The notes under the pieces were generated by a model. The model saw only the letters and a program-made list of their open reading frames with translations, did not search any database and was not told the DNA's origin. From Antedon mediterranea (taxonomy: Eukaryota; Animalia; Echinodermata), in the NCBI RefSeq assembly GCF_964355755.1, contig NC_092678.1, forward strand, positions 15,171,881 to 15,235,880: a DNA stretch of 64,000 nt. The letters run 5' to 3'. The position numbers were made by a program, and so were the translations under genes. Of this stretch, positions 1 to 14,912 are shown piece after piece; the stretch's first letter is position 1, and every line of letters begins with the position of its first letter.

Positions 1-2030
1 ATCTACAAATATTATAGTGTTATTATGTTTTTCATATTATCACTGTGCTCAAGTATATGAAAATGACTATAGTTGAGAACAGTGTTAAACAGAATCGTGT
101 ACATTTATGTTATTTGTTGTATATTGTGCTCAAGTATACCAAAATGACTATAGTTGAGAACAGTGGTAAACGGGATCGTACATTAATGTTTTTGTTGTAT
201 ATTGTTAAGTTTATCCTATTCTTTATCACTGTTCTCAAGTATACCAAAATGACTATAGTTGAGAACAAAGTTAAACTGGATCGTACATTAATGTTTTTTG
301 TTGTATATAGTTAAGTTTATCCTATTCTTTATCACTGTTCTCAAGTATACCAAAATGACTATAGTTGAGAACAGAGTTAAACTGGATCGTACATTAATGT
401 TTTCTGTTGTATATTGTTAAGTTTATCCTATTCTTTATCACTGTTCTCAAGTATACCAAAATAACTATAGTTGAGAACAGTGTTAAACTGGATCGTACAT
501 TAATGTTTTTTGTTGTATATTTTTAAGTTTATCCTATTCTTTATCACTGTGCTCAAGTATACCAAAATGACTATAGTTGAGAACAGTGTTAAACTGGATC
601 GTACATTAATGTTTTTTGTTGTATATTTTTAAGTTTATCCTATTCTTTATCACTGTGCTCAAGTATACCAAAATGACTATAGTTGAGAACAGTGTTAAAC
701 TGGATCGTACATTAATGTTTTTTGTTGTATATTTTTAAGTTTATCCTATTCTTTATCACTGTGCTCAAGTATACCAAAATGACTATAGTTGAGAACAGTG
801 GTAAACTGGATCGTACATTAATGTTATTTGTTGTATATTATTAAGTTTATCCTATTCTTTATCACTGTGCTCAAGTATACCAAAATGACTATAGTTGAGA
901 ACAGTGTTAAACGGGATCGTACATTAATGTTTTTTGTTGTATATTGTTAAGTTTATCCTATTCTTTATCACTGTGCTCAAGTATACCAAAATGACTATAG
1001 TTGAGAACAGTGTTAAACTGGATCGTACATTAATGTTTTTTGTTGTATATTTTTAAGTTTATCCTATTCTTTATCACTGTGCTCAAGTATACCAAAATGA
1101 CTATAGTTGAGAACAGTGTTAAACTGGATCGTACATTAATGTTATTTGTTGTATATTTTTATATTAATCCTATTCTTTATCACTGTGCTCAAGTATACCA
1201 AAATGACTATAGTTGAGGACAGTGGTAAACTGGATCGTACATTAATGTTTTTTGTTGTATATTATTAAGTTTATCCTATTCTTTATCACTGTGCTCAAGT
1301 ATACCAAAATGACTATAGTTGAGAACAGTGTTAAACTGGATCGTACATTAATGTTATTTGTTGTATATTTTTATATTAATCCTATTCTTTATCACTGTTC
1401 TCAAGTATACCAAAATGACTATAGTTGAGAACAGTGTTAAACTGTATCGTACATTAATGTTTTTTGTTGTATATTGCTAAGTTTATCCTATTCTTTATCA
1501 CTGTGCTCAAGTATACCAAAATGACTATAGTTGAGAACAGTGTTAATCGGGATCGTACATTAATGTTTTTTGTTGTATATTGTTAAGTTTATCCTATTCT
1601 TTATAACTGTTCTCAAGTATACCAAAATGACTATAGTTGAGAACAGTGTTAAACTGGATCGTACATTAATGTTTTTTGTTGTATATTGTTAAGTTTATCC
1701 TATTCTTTATCACTGTGCTCAAGTATACCAAAATGACTATAGTTGAGAACAGTGTTAAACGGGATCGTACATTGTTGTTGTATATTGTTAAGTTTATCCT
1801 ATTCTTTATCACTGTGCTCAAGTATACCAAAATGACTATAGTTGAGAACAGTGTTAAACGGGATCGTACATTAATGTTATTTGTTGTATATTGTTAAGTT
1901 TATCCTATTCTTTATCAATGTGCTCAAGTATACCAAAATGACTATAGTTGAGAACAGTGTTAAACTACATCGTACATTAATGTTATTTGTTGTATATTGT
2001 TAAGTGTATTCTTTATTCTTATTAATTGTA
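1..2030. repeat. Tandem satellite, 106-bp unit, about 19 copies
   Basis: Unit CACTGTGCTCAAGTATACCAAAATGACTATAGTTGAGAACAG...CCTATTCTTTAT recurs with 106-bp spacing (e.g. 545 and 651); copies degenerate at both ends. Confidence 0.97.
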
Positions 2031-5000
2031 CTAAATTATTAAAAGAAACAGTAGTAAGCATAACATTTCCCCACTCCTACATTAGCATGGTAGGACATTG
2101 TAATGGTCGCAGGTGGCTCAACTTTATTACTGCAATGGGATGGACATGGTCCTACTACCACCTTACCATCCAATAGGATTCCAGTAAATTTCCTTTACTA
2201 CCAATCATAATTCAGTAATTAAATGACCCCTTAAGTTAACAAGGAAATCAGCCTATCCCATTATACCGGTAGGCTTCGTCGTTACAGGCGTACTGCGGTA
2301 ATAGTTGAGAATTCTCAACTAGCCATGCCATATCCATACAAGTCAGATAAAAGTATGACGCGTGAGGGCGCACTTTATTTTATGGAAGGCCATTTTGATT
2401 TGTACATTTTTAAACACATATTTGTAAATATTTTAGTTTATACTTGGGTTTTCTTTATAATTTATGTATTTTATTATACAATTTATTGTAAACTATATTT
2501 AAATTATTGTATAAACTATTAATTTTGTAGGTTTTTTGCTTTGTTAATGCATTTTTCAACGGGCGCTAACAGCGTCTCGTAATTTCAGTCACGCTTCGTC
2601 GCATTCACTGTACACAATAATACGAGATGAGGCGGTTATAAATTGGGTATAAAAGTCCAATTTTCTCGTAAAATCCCAAGTTTTGCAAGACGCAACATCA
2701 AGAAATGTTATTACCTATATACATAGAACCTACGGATGAAATTTTATTAGGGTACGTTCTTATACCATGGTGAGGGTGATTTTTGACTGGACTATATAGC
2801 CTAGAGGAGGCCTATTTATTAAGCTAGTAGGCCTAGTAGCTAGCCTAGTAAAGAAGAAGTAAGTAGGCCTAGCCTAGGCCCTAGGCCTAGCCTATGGTGG
2901 AATACGATTCTTAGAGTTTGAAAAAAAAAATAGAATTTACGCCTGTTCGGCTAGGCCCTAGGTAGGCTAGCCTAGGACCCTAGGCCTAGCTAGTAGCTAA
3001 TAAGCTAGTCATTTTGTTTCTGAATTGATATCATTTTGTTTCTGAATTGATATGTTTGTGTTGTCTAAATCATTTGATTGTTTGTGAAGGTCTTTTATAA
3101 TAATAACAATAATGGCAATCTTGTACACTGGTGGGTCTGGAATAAATAAATAAAATTAATAAGTTTTGACAGGCATCTATGGCCTACATTATGTATGTAA
3201 GCCCTATCTGACTTATCTAGCCTAGGCCTATGCCTAGGTGTCCTTGATGGGTAGCTTAGAATTAACTGGCTAGCGTAGAACAAGCCTCCCATAAAATTCG
3301 TAATCAGCCATCCTTCGGAAATATTTAAACATAATTTTGTAGTACACCTATAACAAATTAAACATGCTATCTATTATTTACAATGTAAATTAATTTTGTT
3401 TTGGTGTCCCAAGCGTTTACCTCATGTTTTATTGTGACTGACAACATTATGAAAGTACAATTATTTTTAGGTCATAAACAAAATAATTAAACAACTAATT
3501 ACTCCTTAAAACTATAAATAAACATTATTAATTCAATTCAAATAATGGATTGGTAGTAGTATGGTTAGAAAGTAACAAAAGAGATGTCTTAGAATAATAA
3601 ATTGAATACTGTAATTGGTTTTGAATTTTCTTATTAGCAGTGAAAGACATGATGGTACAAATGGAGAAAAGATCTAGTAGAGATGAAAATAACAAGATGA
3701 AGGAGCAGAAAAAATGATGAGTCATTTAAATAAATTAAATTACAACATGGCATAAAATCAATGGCTGATGTAATTAGGCTTGTCAAACTAATAACAGATG
3801 GCATTGAAATAGAGAAAATATAAAATAAAGAGATAATTTAGGTGGAAATAAATGGTAATTAAAAAATAGAAACTGCTAATTTTAACTACAAGAAAAAAGG
3901 TTCTTTCAAGTATTCTATTTATTAATCATATTTTCAGCATCTGCTATAATTATTACCAAGTATTGTTAATCAGTCACCGCTTCTCATGCTTTCAGCAAGT
4001 CTTACTTCACAAGTTCATGTCTTTTAGAGGTAGACCTAATTAACTCAATATTGATGTTTTAAAACCATCAGAAGGGTAATACTAATAGTAGTACAATTAG
4101 AAATTAAATTCATTACAGTTATCAAACAGAATTTCTAATGTGATTAGTTGACAACACAATTACAAAATACATTAAAAAAAAAAGTAGTACCTGTATTTGA
4201 ACTACTTTAAACACTTACTTTTAATTGTCACAAATGTACTTATACGTATATAATATTCACCAATGAGAATTTAAATAAACGTGAGATGAACTCACACAAG
4301 ACAAAAAAAAAAATAAGTAGTGCCCAACTTCAATTTAGCTTTCCCTTCCCACCAACTTCACGTTATTTGGTTTAAAAATCACAATATATGGTACAGTCAC
4401 ACATAAATAGTCAATTTAGGTAGTTTTGACAGAATTCACAATACAAATTTAATGTAATTATTCAAAATTAATAATTCACTAACTATGTTATTATGTTGAT
4501 TACTATAATAATGGCTGCATATATCAGTTTTTTTAAACAGTGATAATGGATACAAAAGAAGATAATCTTGAAGTGGAAGATACCAAATAAGAAGATGAGG
4601 GATGTCAAAGAATTTAAAAACCATAAGCATCACTGGCACTACATCATTGGGGATAAATTAAGCAAGAAACAAAAGGAGATGGTTGAATATAACTACTAGA
4701 CTATTATGGCAATGTTCAAAAATATTATTTCATTTTAACATAAATTGAACTATGTTATGCCCATTTAAATACTGTAACAAAGCACCCAAGTCAATGACAT
4801 GAAATGTAAGATGTCCTTTTAATTCTAAAGCCAATACATTTACAATTAAAATGAAGTGAGAAAAGTGTAATGTAACACATCTGAGAATTGTTAGTAATAT
4901 AAATCCAAAGCAAAACTAAAAATGTAATTTTAGACAACTAATTATCAACTCATAATGTTAAAATTTGCTTTTTATTTTTCAGTTACTGCTGTGGTTTCAA

Positions 5001-5749
5001 GATGATTTCTACAATATAAGTGTAATTTCACAAGTTGATGGCTTATTAAAGGTAATCAACTCATAAGTTTTACTAACAATGTTTTTTTTTTATCAACTAA
5101 CCATACATAAACACAATCACAAATCAACATACACAAAACACCTTTTAGAATTAGCTTTTATTTAATGTAGGACCACATTATACATAACAATGTAGTTTAA
5201 TCTATTTCATTGTAGAACAAAGTTAGACATAGAAATGCAGTTCAGTTTAGTTAGTTGCTGTAGGTCAAAATTAAACATAGCAATGTAGTTTGATCTATTG
5301 GTTGAAGGACAAAATTAAACGCAGCAATACAGTTCAGTTTAGTTATTTACTGTAAGAAAAAAATTAAATGCAGCAATGAAGTTCAGTTTAGTTGGTTATA
5401 GGACAAAATTAGACAGAGGAATACAGGTTAGTTTAGTTGCTTTAGGACAATATTAAACACAACAATATAATTTGATCTAATGGTTGTAGGACAAATATAA
5501 TGCAGTTCAGTTTAGTTAGATGCATTAGGACAAATATTATATTTTGCATTTATTATAGAACACAATTAGGAGTACATATTTTAGACATAGACATATATAT
5601 ATTTTATTGTCATGTCACATAATAATTATAAAATGTGAGACTCAGCTCCCCGTTACATTCGTAATAAAAACACCATATAAAATATAAGTCAAATACATTG
5701 TAGGCCTATGTACAGTTCATTAAAAGTAATTACAGTAATTATCTTACAA

Positions 5750-6035
5750 ATTGTTTGTTAAAGAGACGAATTGAAGAGGGAATAAAGGAGTTGTTAAACC
5801 TATTTGTTTTTGTCAAAGGATGACGTAGTCTACCTACCAGATCTGCACATAACAAACGAACTATGCAACTATGTACTAAATCCTCAGATTTGGTACCCAT
5901 AATTTTGTCTGCTTTCCTTGTAACTCGATAAAGTTGTTATTTGTTCTTTTTGGTGAGGCTGTTATACCATAATATGGTACAATAGAAAGTCATAACTGAT
6001 TTAACAACAGAGTCATAAAATAATTTCATCAATTA
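5750..6035 (-). mobile_element. 3' fragment of a Rex1/Babar-like LINE ORF
   Basis: Minus-strand translation LMKLFYDSVVKSVMTFYCTILWYNSLT...SGRLR...KTNRFNNSFIPSSIRLFN resembles the C-terminus of Rex/Babar RT proteins; contains stops. Confidence 0.7.
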
Positions 6036-8570
6036 AAAAGGTCCAAAAAGCACTGTCAATGAATGTATAAATTCCTGGCCAGAAGTGAAGCATTAGGAGT
6101 TGAGATTGCTTGTTACTAATACATTACATGAATTATTATTTTCCTTTGTTTTATTTACAGAAATCCAATATTCTGCATTGTATTGCTACAACGCTGTTAT
6201 ATGACCAAACTAATCTGGGGATGTTTTTTTTCTCAAAATGCTGAAATGGTCTAAAACGTGCAGTTTTTATATTAGAGTTATTGTACCACCACTGTTTTTG
6301 GAATTATTATTATTATTTTCATTACTTTGAATGGTACAAGAATTCTAGTTAAAATTTCACCATGAAGAAGAGTTGATAAGCAACAAGAAAATCAATTGTA
6401 CAGTGATGTAGCCATAAGAAATAAAGTGGTGCAGTTTTAGCAAGAAAAGGGAACAATCCCTGTTCAAGCCACTGGGTTGTCGAACACCTCTGTGAAAAAG
6501 TGGTCAGGCTGAAGTACATGTTATTAACTTGTATATAATATTTTTCTTTCCACAAAGTATTGGTGATAGAAAAGTATTTAATTTTGTTGCAAATCATTAA
6601 TAAACAAAAATATACAGTATTTATTCAAATAAATTTCCCAGTGTGTTTATTGTTCAGGATGGTTATAGGTTTATTTTTTTGGGTGTAATATGGTAGCATG
6701 TCTAATAAAAAACTACCCTAGACACAATTATATCAAGAAGTGATAAAATACAGTAACAATTGTATCAAAATGCTTGGTAAATTCTTAATTCTACTTCTAA
6801 TCTAATTACTAAGAAAATTGATTTCACAAAATCAATGCAGTAATAACTATCCATTTTAATGAGTCTTTAGTATTTATATAATTTGTTTTTCATTGACAAA
6901 GATATTTCACTTTTCAACTACATACTTTTCTTCTAAAGGTTACATTGTTTATGTTCAGCCAGATGCTCTCTTATTCCTATATAATGTGGTTGTTTGTTAA
7001 TGAGGACACTTGGGTAACCTCCTACTCACCTCGGGAGAGACTCATTCTACTACCAGAATCATGGAAATGTAAAGGATTACTTGATTTAACACAATTAATT
7101 GTGAATTGAGGGTATGTTACATTGCATTGTAATGCATGTATTACCTTACCAATTGTGTAAACCACACAAGTGTAGTTTAATTAATTAATCAGTATTTAGT
7201 TGATTTGATGATATTGATAGTTGTTAACTAGAAATTGTGCTTAACAAATCTTATTATTGTCATCATTATTATAATTAATTATATTAATGGTTGCAACAGT
7301 AGCTTGTGTTTCACTTTTGAAGCACACATTATACTGTCTATTCTTTTATATTTTTTTTTTAGTAATAATAATGATAATATATTTAGACCGGGCGCCCGGA
7401 AGATTTATTCATGTGAAAAGATACAAAAGGTTTGATGATGTAGTTAGGTGCGTATTAGGGCGAGATGCAATATTCGACATTGCTGCCGGGTCACAGCCTG
7501 TACACAGGGCCTGTGGGGATCATAACATAGGGGGGTAAAAATGCATTTATTTATGTGAAGCGATACAAGGATAGACTTTTTTGGATATCATTCGCAAATG
7601 ACAGCAACTTTATCCTGTACGAGGCGCCAAACAGCAACATTTTAGGGCCACGCCCAAATGGGTTTATTCATGTGAAGCGATACAAGGTTGAATCTTTTTT
7701 TAATGGCAGCAGTATATATTGGGGATGACAAAAACACCAATGACAGCAACTTTATCCTGTACATAAGCTCAGACAGCAGCCCTAAAGGTCCGCAGTTTCC
7801 CCCTATTCGGCTATAATTATACTCGGCGCGTATGTCGTCTAATGGCGTTCAGCTGAGTTAGAAATACGTGATACGGACTCGGACTGACAATAAATACACA
7901 GTAGAATGCTAAAACAATAAATAAAGAGAGCAGTTGTTTCCTGTACCAAATCATCAAACATCAAACTCTTAAAAACTCGCCCAAAATGGGTTTATCCATT
8001 CGTGATCAACAATGTTGATAATACAAACACATTCACGATAACGAATGACTTTTATTTTATAATTGAAATATATCTTTATTTTGGAATAATAAATAACACC
8101 AACAAAAACACTTAAAATAACCAACAGCAGATTTGTATTTTAGGGTATCATTTTGAACAATCAATATTATATCAAAATCATTATTTCACAACACAAAATA
8201 ATATAATTTAAGAATATTTTTCAGATAAACTAATTAATAATTACACTCATAATGATCGACACCGGTACCGATTATTGTGCATTATTATTATAACTCGATT
8301 TAAATATTGTTTTAATTACACACTAGACACTAGTGATATGTCTATATAAAAAAAGGCAACGAAATCTAAATTTGCAACATTTTTTACATAACATAACATA
8401 ATAGTAAAGTAAATAATAGTTCGAATTCAACATAATCACTTAGAGAATTTGTAAGGTATAGATTAGACTATCGATTGCACACTATTACTAAAAAAAAAAT
8501 AACCGTTTTTATGTGAATTAGACTGATAAAAACCAACAAAAAACTTAATCTGCCAACATTTGAAACGTCG

Positions 8571-8945
8571 TTACTTGTCCATAATGGATCGACTACTGTA
8601 TCGATTACTGCATTCACAACTTCCATTGTTTCCTCCTCCACACGTGATCAATCTATCATGATCATAATCAATTTCTAATATTTTATTAACGTTATCACAA
8701 TCATCTGCTGAACATGTTGAAATATTAGCAATGATGTTAAAATCCTCTGACAGTCTGTACAGTGAGGTGTAAGCTCCTATGTAGATATCTCCTGTTGTAC
8801 TTTGGATTTTGACATGGTACAGATCTTCATTTTCATAGGGTTTAAATTCAAGTAACACAACATTGTTGGATGCTTGGATGCTTAGCAGAAATGTTGAAGA
8901 ATATAGCAGAAATGCAAAAAAGTTTAACAATGTTGGCAAACTCAC
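8571..8945 (-). pseudogene. Truncated N-terminal exon of a plexin/MET-like Sema-domain receptor
   Basis: Signal-peptide-like start, then TGDIYIGAYTSLYRLS, DNVNKILEIDYDHDRLITCG and GSC, matching the first blades of plexin Sema domains. Similarity stops at about 8605 and the start codon is GTG rather than ATG. Confidence 0.75.
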
Positions 8946-10899
8946 TATTTAAAGGTGAGAGAACATCATTACCTTATGAAAGAAAATAAAAAACACTACT
9001 TTAAAATAAGAAATACAACGAATGATTAATCTTTACATGCCTATACTGAATAGCTATCTACTATCTATACTCATTAATTGAAAAGCTAAAACTGGATTGT
9101 TGTACCAACAAGCATGGAAAATATCCCACACAGTATATTGCTCATTTCAGGATTACATGCTGCACTTGTAGTTAAGTATTTATAGTATCAGTATAGTATC
9201 AGTTTTGTCTAATACCCTTTTTATATCTGCTTACATTTGTATAACTTGTAACAACTTGTAACAAAGTGTTTGATCTCTTGAATTATTACACGTTTTAAGA
9301 CACGCATACGCTGAGAAATATCAGGAGGAAAACAAAGTTGCACGGTAATAAAAGACACGACAGACGCATATTCTCTATAATTATAATATATTAATTACAG
9401 TACATATAAATAGAGGTAAATTATTATATGCCTATTATAACATGATGCCTAATATAATATTTAAACGTGTTTAGAAATGGCCATTTTGAAAAGACACAGT
9501 CCTTTTCCGAGACCTGTGAAATACAAAAAATAAATTAATTTAATGATTGATAATAAATATTTATTAACCAAGTAAAAAATATCCACATAAATAATCTAGT
9601 TCCTAAAAAATATCAATTAAATCTATATAAAAGAAAAATGTATATCCCCGTCTTGCATGCATAGTTCAGTCAATCTAGTGATATTTAGAGGTAAACCCAC
9701 CACAAATTGCAATAGTAACGAAACATTGATTTTTTCATTCCAAATGTACTTTAGAATGACATATTAAAAGTCACCAAAAATTGAAGCATTGGAACACATT
9801 ATTTTTTACGTAATCTCAACAACTATATAGCGATTTTATTCCGTAAATATTTTGGGGGTAGGGCGTGACATTTATGCCCATAACTTGTGGTTTTATAATT
9901 CAATCTCAATAATCTTGATATCAATGTGTAGAATATATATGTTTTTCTAATATGCAATTAAAAAACCAAAATACAACACCTATTTATATAACTAGAGGTC
10001 AAAAGGTTATTGACCTTTTACAAAAACTCATTTCTTTCCATAAAAAAATGATTAACTGTAATATCGTATGCCATAATTGTGGATGCATTTAATCAAAATT
10101 GTGTTTTTTCTGTACCTATCGATATATAAAATAGGAAACATGATGTTAACTAGAAGAATTTTAAAAAGTAATGATGTACTATTCTTATTGAAATTGATTC
10201 TTGATCAAATGTTATGTAAACAATTTTGTGGTAGGGGGTAGCGTTTATGCCTATAATCCATTGTTTTATAACCATATCTAAATAGCTTTAGTACCAATGT
10301 GTATAGTATATATATCCTACTAATATACATTAAAAAAACAATTAATACAACAGTTATATGTAACTAGATGTCAAAAGGTCATTGACCTTTTACAAAAACT
10401 CAAATTTTTCCTAAAAAAATTATTAACTGCAATGTCTTATTCCATAATTGCCGATGCATTTGATGAAACTTGTGTTTAGAGGTAACAGTTATGCCTGCCA
10501 ATAAAATCTAAATAACTACAAATGTGTATAAGATGTATTTTTTACTCTAAAACTAATTGATACAACAGTTGTTATGTAACTATAGAGGTCAGTAACCTTT
10601 TACGAAAATTCAAATTTTCTTAAAATAGCGTAAAACTAAATTATGTTTATTTATATATTAGAAGTGTTTGGTGCAAATAATGTTTTTCCTGTACCTATTG
10701 TATCGTCATGAAATAGGAAAAATGATGCTAGCTAGAAGAACATTGAAATTCATTAGCGGTATGTACTATTGCTGATTAATTAATGAGTCTTGATAATTGG
10801 GAATCAACTCATAATTTACTATAGATAGATTTTTGATGATTTTAGTATCAACGAATGTACGTAATGACAAGTATTGGATCTCTCCAGGGTTGCGTTCTC

Positions 10900-11130
10900 T
10901 CTCCTGTATATTATATACACGGATAACTGTCGCAGCAAACAGGACAATAGTCATCTTGTCAAATTTGCTGACGACACTGTCTTGCTGTCTCTCCTTAAAA
11001 ATTCACACGACGGACATGGTTCCGCATTAGATGGAAGTCAATGTGACAAAAACTAAGGAGATGATTGTAGATTTTAGGAAGGAGAAAGGACGCAGCCCTC
11101 TGGTATCCCTCATAAATGACGAACCAGCAA
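10900..11130 (+). mobile_element. Rex1/Babar-like reverse transcriptase fragment
   Basis: ILYTDNCRS...LVKFADDTVLLSLL and VNVTKTKEMIVDFRK motifs across frameshifts. Confidence 0.75.
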
Positions 11131-11284
11131 AATTGTCCATTCCTTTAACCGCTTTACATTATTATCCCAGTAATTTTTTTGGATCAAACATGTATGGAAG
11201 CATGGTTTTCGTTACACATACAGTATTTGATTTATGTACCAAATGTTATACAGTATCTCTTTTAATTTTTATTTCTTTTGTGCT

Positions 11285-14200
11285 GGCCAACATAATGTGG
11301 TATTGGATGCCGCACTGAGCGCTTCTGGCAGCACAGTGTTGATCGCATGTATACGCTTATTACACTTATTTCACCAGTATATAAAGTTATTTATACATTT
11401 TATCATCTTAGTGACTTACATAAACAGTATATTAATCAGAGATTTTGTACCTGAACTGTGTGTTAGGCTGTTTTAAAAGCTTACCTAAGCTACCATTGTC
11501 TTAGCTGTTATTGTTATGTAGCATAGGCTGTGGAGGCTGTTGTGTACCTATCTGCTTTGTTGTTGTTTGTGCTGCTATGCTGACATTCTTTAGCCTAGCT
11601 AGGAATGTGTACTTTTCACCATTTATATATTTATTTGGTTCAATGTACAACTACACATCAAAAGTATTATACAGCATATCTAGCTGTTTGAAATCTATCC
11701 GATTGGATTCATCTACTTGGAGTTACATATGTAGGCTTGGACTTAACATTAAAAAACGAACGAGACGGGGATGCTGTGGTGGCGCATCAAAGCGGAGAAA
11801 GCAAAACATACCATTTTTTCAAGAATCCATCCCAAATCCAAGCAGTGCACAAACTGGAATTTCTTTTTGTTTACTTAATGCAAGATCAATTTGTGATCCG
11901 AATCAAACCGGAAAATCCACTTCAATATTTGAGTACATTATAGATAACGACTGAGACATGGTTGATGCGTGATGATGACTCAATTTCTGCTGGCTGCATA
12001 ACTCCAGATGGTTACATGTTTAACCATGTTCCTAGAACATATGGTCGCCATGGGGGAGTCGCCCTCATGTACAAAGCTGGTCTAAAAACACGCTCTCTGG
12101 ACTTACCTGACTGTAGTACTTTTGAATCGTTGGGAATTCAATTTAGTAACGGAATTCGAACACTGCAAATCATAGTTATCTATCTTCCTCCTCCTAGCAA
12201 GAAAAATGGTTTCACCGTCTCACCATTTCTTCAATGAGTTCTCTAACATGCTTGATACCATTGCATTAGTACATTCCGACTTGCTCATTGCCGGGGATTT
12301 CAACTTTTACCTTGACAAATCCGAGAATAGGGAGGTTATGCATTTTATGAGCCTTCTTAAAGTTTATGATCTCACTCAACATGTTAAGCAACCAACCCAT
12401 GAGGCAGGTCATACTCTTGACCTGCTTATTACCAAATCAACTGACACTTTTCTAACTGATGTCAATGTGGGCATCCCACATATATCTGACCACTAAGCTG
12501 TACATTGTAAGTTACAGTTAAATAAACCGCCGCAAACTCAGAAAATAGTTTCTAGTCGATCGTAACTACAAGAATCTCTGTGCTGACTCTGTTGTCAGCG
12601 AGTTACTAACACTAACACTGACTGTATCTCTTCCATGTGACATTGTTGATGCTATATGTATGTACAACTCTACATTGCGTTCAATGATTGATAAACTTGC
12701 TTTAACTAAGTCACGTCTGGTGATTATTCGACCGCAAACTCCATGGTATACTGATGAGATACGAAACAGAAAATAGTAAAAAGGCAGCTAGAGAGGAAAT
12801 GGCGTAAGACTGGTCTCTAAACTGATTAGCATGCTTACACACATCAACGCCAATGTGTATCATCACATATTCATACTGCAAAGTTTGAATATCACTCAGC
12901 TCTAGTAAATATTGCTGTAGGTGACCAGAAGTAATTATTCAAAATTGTAAACACGTTACTGCATAGAGGAAATAAGACACCCTTACCTACCTGTAAATCA
13001 ACCAGTATTCTTGCTGAAAGTTTCTCAGAGTTTTTTAATTAAAAGATCACTAAAATTCGATCAGGATTACTTCAATCTGTTCTCCAAGATGAGCATACAT
13101 TTATTTCAAGGACTCCTTTAAGCTGTCAACTGTCTATTCTTGAACCAACCACAGATGAGGAGATCGAGAAATTGATCAAGGCATCCCCGATAAAATCTTG
13201 TGAGCTATATCCTATTCCAACTTGGCTTTTAAGTGATTGCGCTCTCCTGTAATAGTTCCAGTGCTAATGAAATTATCACATCCACAGTACCGCAGAATTT
13301 AAAGAAAGCACATGTACGGCCTTTGCTGAAGAAGACTGCCCTCGACCCAGAAGTTCTTAAAAATTATAGACCGGTTTCAAATTTATCCTTTGTTTTGAAG
13401 CTTATTGAGACATCAATAGATAATCAAGAACTTGTTATTCTATTTTTACTAGACTTATCGGCTGCTTTTGACACAGTAGATCACTCACTGCTTATTCATA
13501 GATTGTCACATGATATTGGGGTAAGAGATCAAGCATTGTCTTAGTTTACATCGTATCTAAGGAACAGAACCCATGCCGTCTGCATTGGTGATGTTTCATC
13601 AGATGACCTTCCTCCATTATGTGGCGTCCCACAAGGTTCTGTGCTTGGACCATAGCTGTTTTTCATCTATGTTGCACCAGTTGCTGAAATAATACGAAGA
13701 CACGGATTATGTCATCATTTCTATGCAGATGATATACAAATCTACGTTTCTGTCAAGCCTTGCCAGACCAAGTTTATGTCCGCTGTAAAACGGTTATAAG
13801 AATGCTCTGCTGAGAAAACGGATGAGCTCCAACTTCCTCAAGCTAAATGATAAAAAAACCGAGGTGATCCTATTTGGTTCTGTTCAGCAGAGAAAAAAGA
13901 TCTAGTTTTATGGCCAACATATTGGTGGCGTGCTAGTCAATCCATCAACAAAAGTTCGTAACCTTCGTGTACAACTTGATTGTAAAATGACCATGGAATC
14001 ACATATCAACACAATCTGCCGATCTGCTATTTTCCATTTATGTAACATCGCCAAGATCAGACGTTACTTGAACCATTGTGCAACAGAGCAGATTGTACAT
14101 GCTTTTGTTACCAGTCGGCTTGATATGGGAAATTCTCTGCTGTATGGTCTGCCAAAGAAGCAGTTGCGGACTTTCTAGAAGGTGCAAAATTGGGCAGCTC

Positions 14201-14462
14201 ACTTGGTGATGTGTTCCAAAAAGTATGATCACGTCACACCTTAATCAAAGAGTTAAACTGGCTACCCATGGAGTCAGGTGTTAAATTTAAGATCCTGCTG
14301 CTGGTGTTCCGATGCCTAAATAGTTGCGCTCCAAAATATCTCTCAGAATTGCTGACAGTCAAGAAGGGAAAGCGAGAACTAAGATCTAGTCATCAGGTGC
14401 TACTGGACATTCCGAGGAGCAAACATAGTTGGGGAGATCGGACTTTCAGTGTTGCTGGACCT
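11285..14462 (+). mobile_element. Degenerate L2-clade LINE (APE endonuclease + RT)
   Basis: LLNARSI, GGVALMY, IAGDFN, GHTLDL and SDH (endonuclease); [30 protein letters not shown] and YADD (RT); L2-typical SRLD..NSLLYGLP and HVTP..ELNWLP. Many stops and frameshifts. Confidence 0.92.
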
Positions 14463-14912
14463 ATAACTCACATAGTATTGTATTAAATGCATATGTTTCT
14501 ATTAAACATGAATAGAAAGTAGTACTTCTGCATTATTTGCCATTGTTTTCGTGTTTTTAGAATATACGGTTTACGAGTTATGAGGAATCGGACATTATCT
14601 GAGGTTCAAAGGTCAAATTTGAAATGGCCTCAAATCTTAAAAGTTGCGATTTTTTTATACGGGTTACCATACCAAATTTCATGCTTTTACCCAATTTTGA
14701 AGTATTTTGGGTCTAAGGGGTCCATCCCACTAGTAAAAGAGAAGGATATTAACAATTTATGAAATAGTTTCCGCTGACCAATTTTTATACTATAAAGATG
14801 TTGTTATGTTTGTATAAAAACATTTGTTTATTTGAAATATTAAAAACAATTACTAATTATATATATAGTAATACCTGTGTTTTATTACTAAACCTTTTTC
14901 TTTTCATTTTAG

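Larger units (their letters stand above)
9600..14733. mobile_element. Non-autonomous DNA transposon remnant (Academ-like CCCACTA end) with nested LINE insertions
   Basis: Internal ~360-bp imperfect repeats with AGAGGTCAAAAGGTTATTGACCTTTTACAAAA (about 9990, 10365, 10580). Similar AGGTCAAA-type sequence resumes after the LINE at about 14480 and ends in ...CATCCCACTA at about 14733. Left end not identified. Confidence 0.4.

Noticed and set aside
45-1897. Repetitive ORFs (LKYTKMTIVENS...)
   Set aside because: Chance translations of the 106-bp satellite; the unit length is not a multiple of three.
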